From assembly GCF_001194135.2 (NCBI RefSeq), contig NC_068981.1, positions 190,399,392-190,463,391 of the forward strand: DNA of 64,000 nucleotides, in the 5' to 3' direction. The position numbers were made by a program, and so were the translations under genes. The notes under the pieces were generated by a model that did not search any database, had not been told where the DNA came from, and worked only from the letters and a program-made list of their open reading frames with translations. This DNA is from Octopus bimaculoides (taxonomy: Eukaryota). Shown piece after piece: positions 63,818 through 64,000 of the stretch (position 1 is the stretch's first letter; each line of letters begins with the position of its first letter).

Positions 63818-64000
63818 TTAGAATATATTATTAATTACAACAATTGTTTTGACATATCTAGCATCAACTCCTCTTGTGGGACACACAAAAACTGGCTCAG
63901 GAGTATCCGGTGGTGCAGACGTATCTTGTCGGGTGATAAATAAATTAAAAATTTCGTTAAAATGACTGTTCCATAATGCAACTTTCAGTTTTGTAGAGAA
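63818..64000 (-). CDS. Stop-free frame running off the right edge; possible coding exon, strand ambiguous
   Basis: FSTKLKVALWNSHFNEIFNLFITRQDTSAPPDTPEPVFVCPTRGVDARYVKTIVVINNIF* (60 codons). The plus strand offers exon ~63862-63933, STPLVGHTKTGSGVSGGADVSCR. Confidence 0.3.
   Translation of the reverse strand, partial: FSTKLKVALWNSHFNEIFNLFITRQDTSAPPDTPEPVFVCPTRGVDARYVKTIVVINNIF

Overview
AT-rich, repeat-saturated eukaryotic draft sequence with about a dozen N-gaps. The SINE families and the density of (CAT)n, (AAT)n, (TA)n and (CA)n arrays suggest an octopus genome; this is inferred from repeat content, not checked. I found no prokaryotic system, CRISPR array, rRNA or intact tRNA gene. Nearly all ORFs in the supplied track are microsatellite, SINE or gap artefacts. 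Mobile content: (1) three tRNA-headed SINE families (my labels A, B, D) and an RTE-LINE-derived family with (GAT)n tails (C), often nested; (2) Tc1/mariner relics, including a shared-deletion non-autonomous mariner, and several MITEs; (3) decayed non-LTR fragments of the restriction-like-endonuclease type (three R4/Dong-like, one CRE/SLACS-like with a PHD-like motif) and Penelope-like tails; (4) a decayed protein-coding relic at 27.4-28.2 kb that I cannot identify. By hand I found a chain of short minus-strand candidate exons (13.3, 11.1, 9.9, 9.5, 8.1, 4.2 and 0.2 kb). The symmetric ones join in phase 2 into an open frame, while a 92-nt exon carries an in-frame TGA (poison-exon or readthrough candidate). 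A weaker minus-strand chain lies at 49.6-59.4 kb, with possible exons at 61.9-64 kb. No gene could be named, and all gene models are unvalidated predictions.
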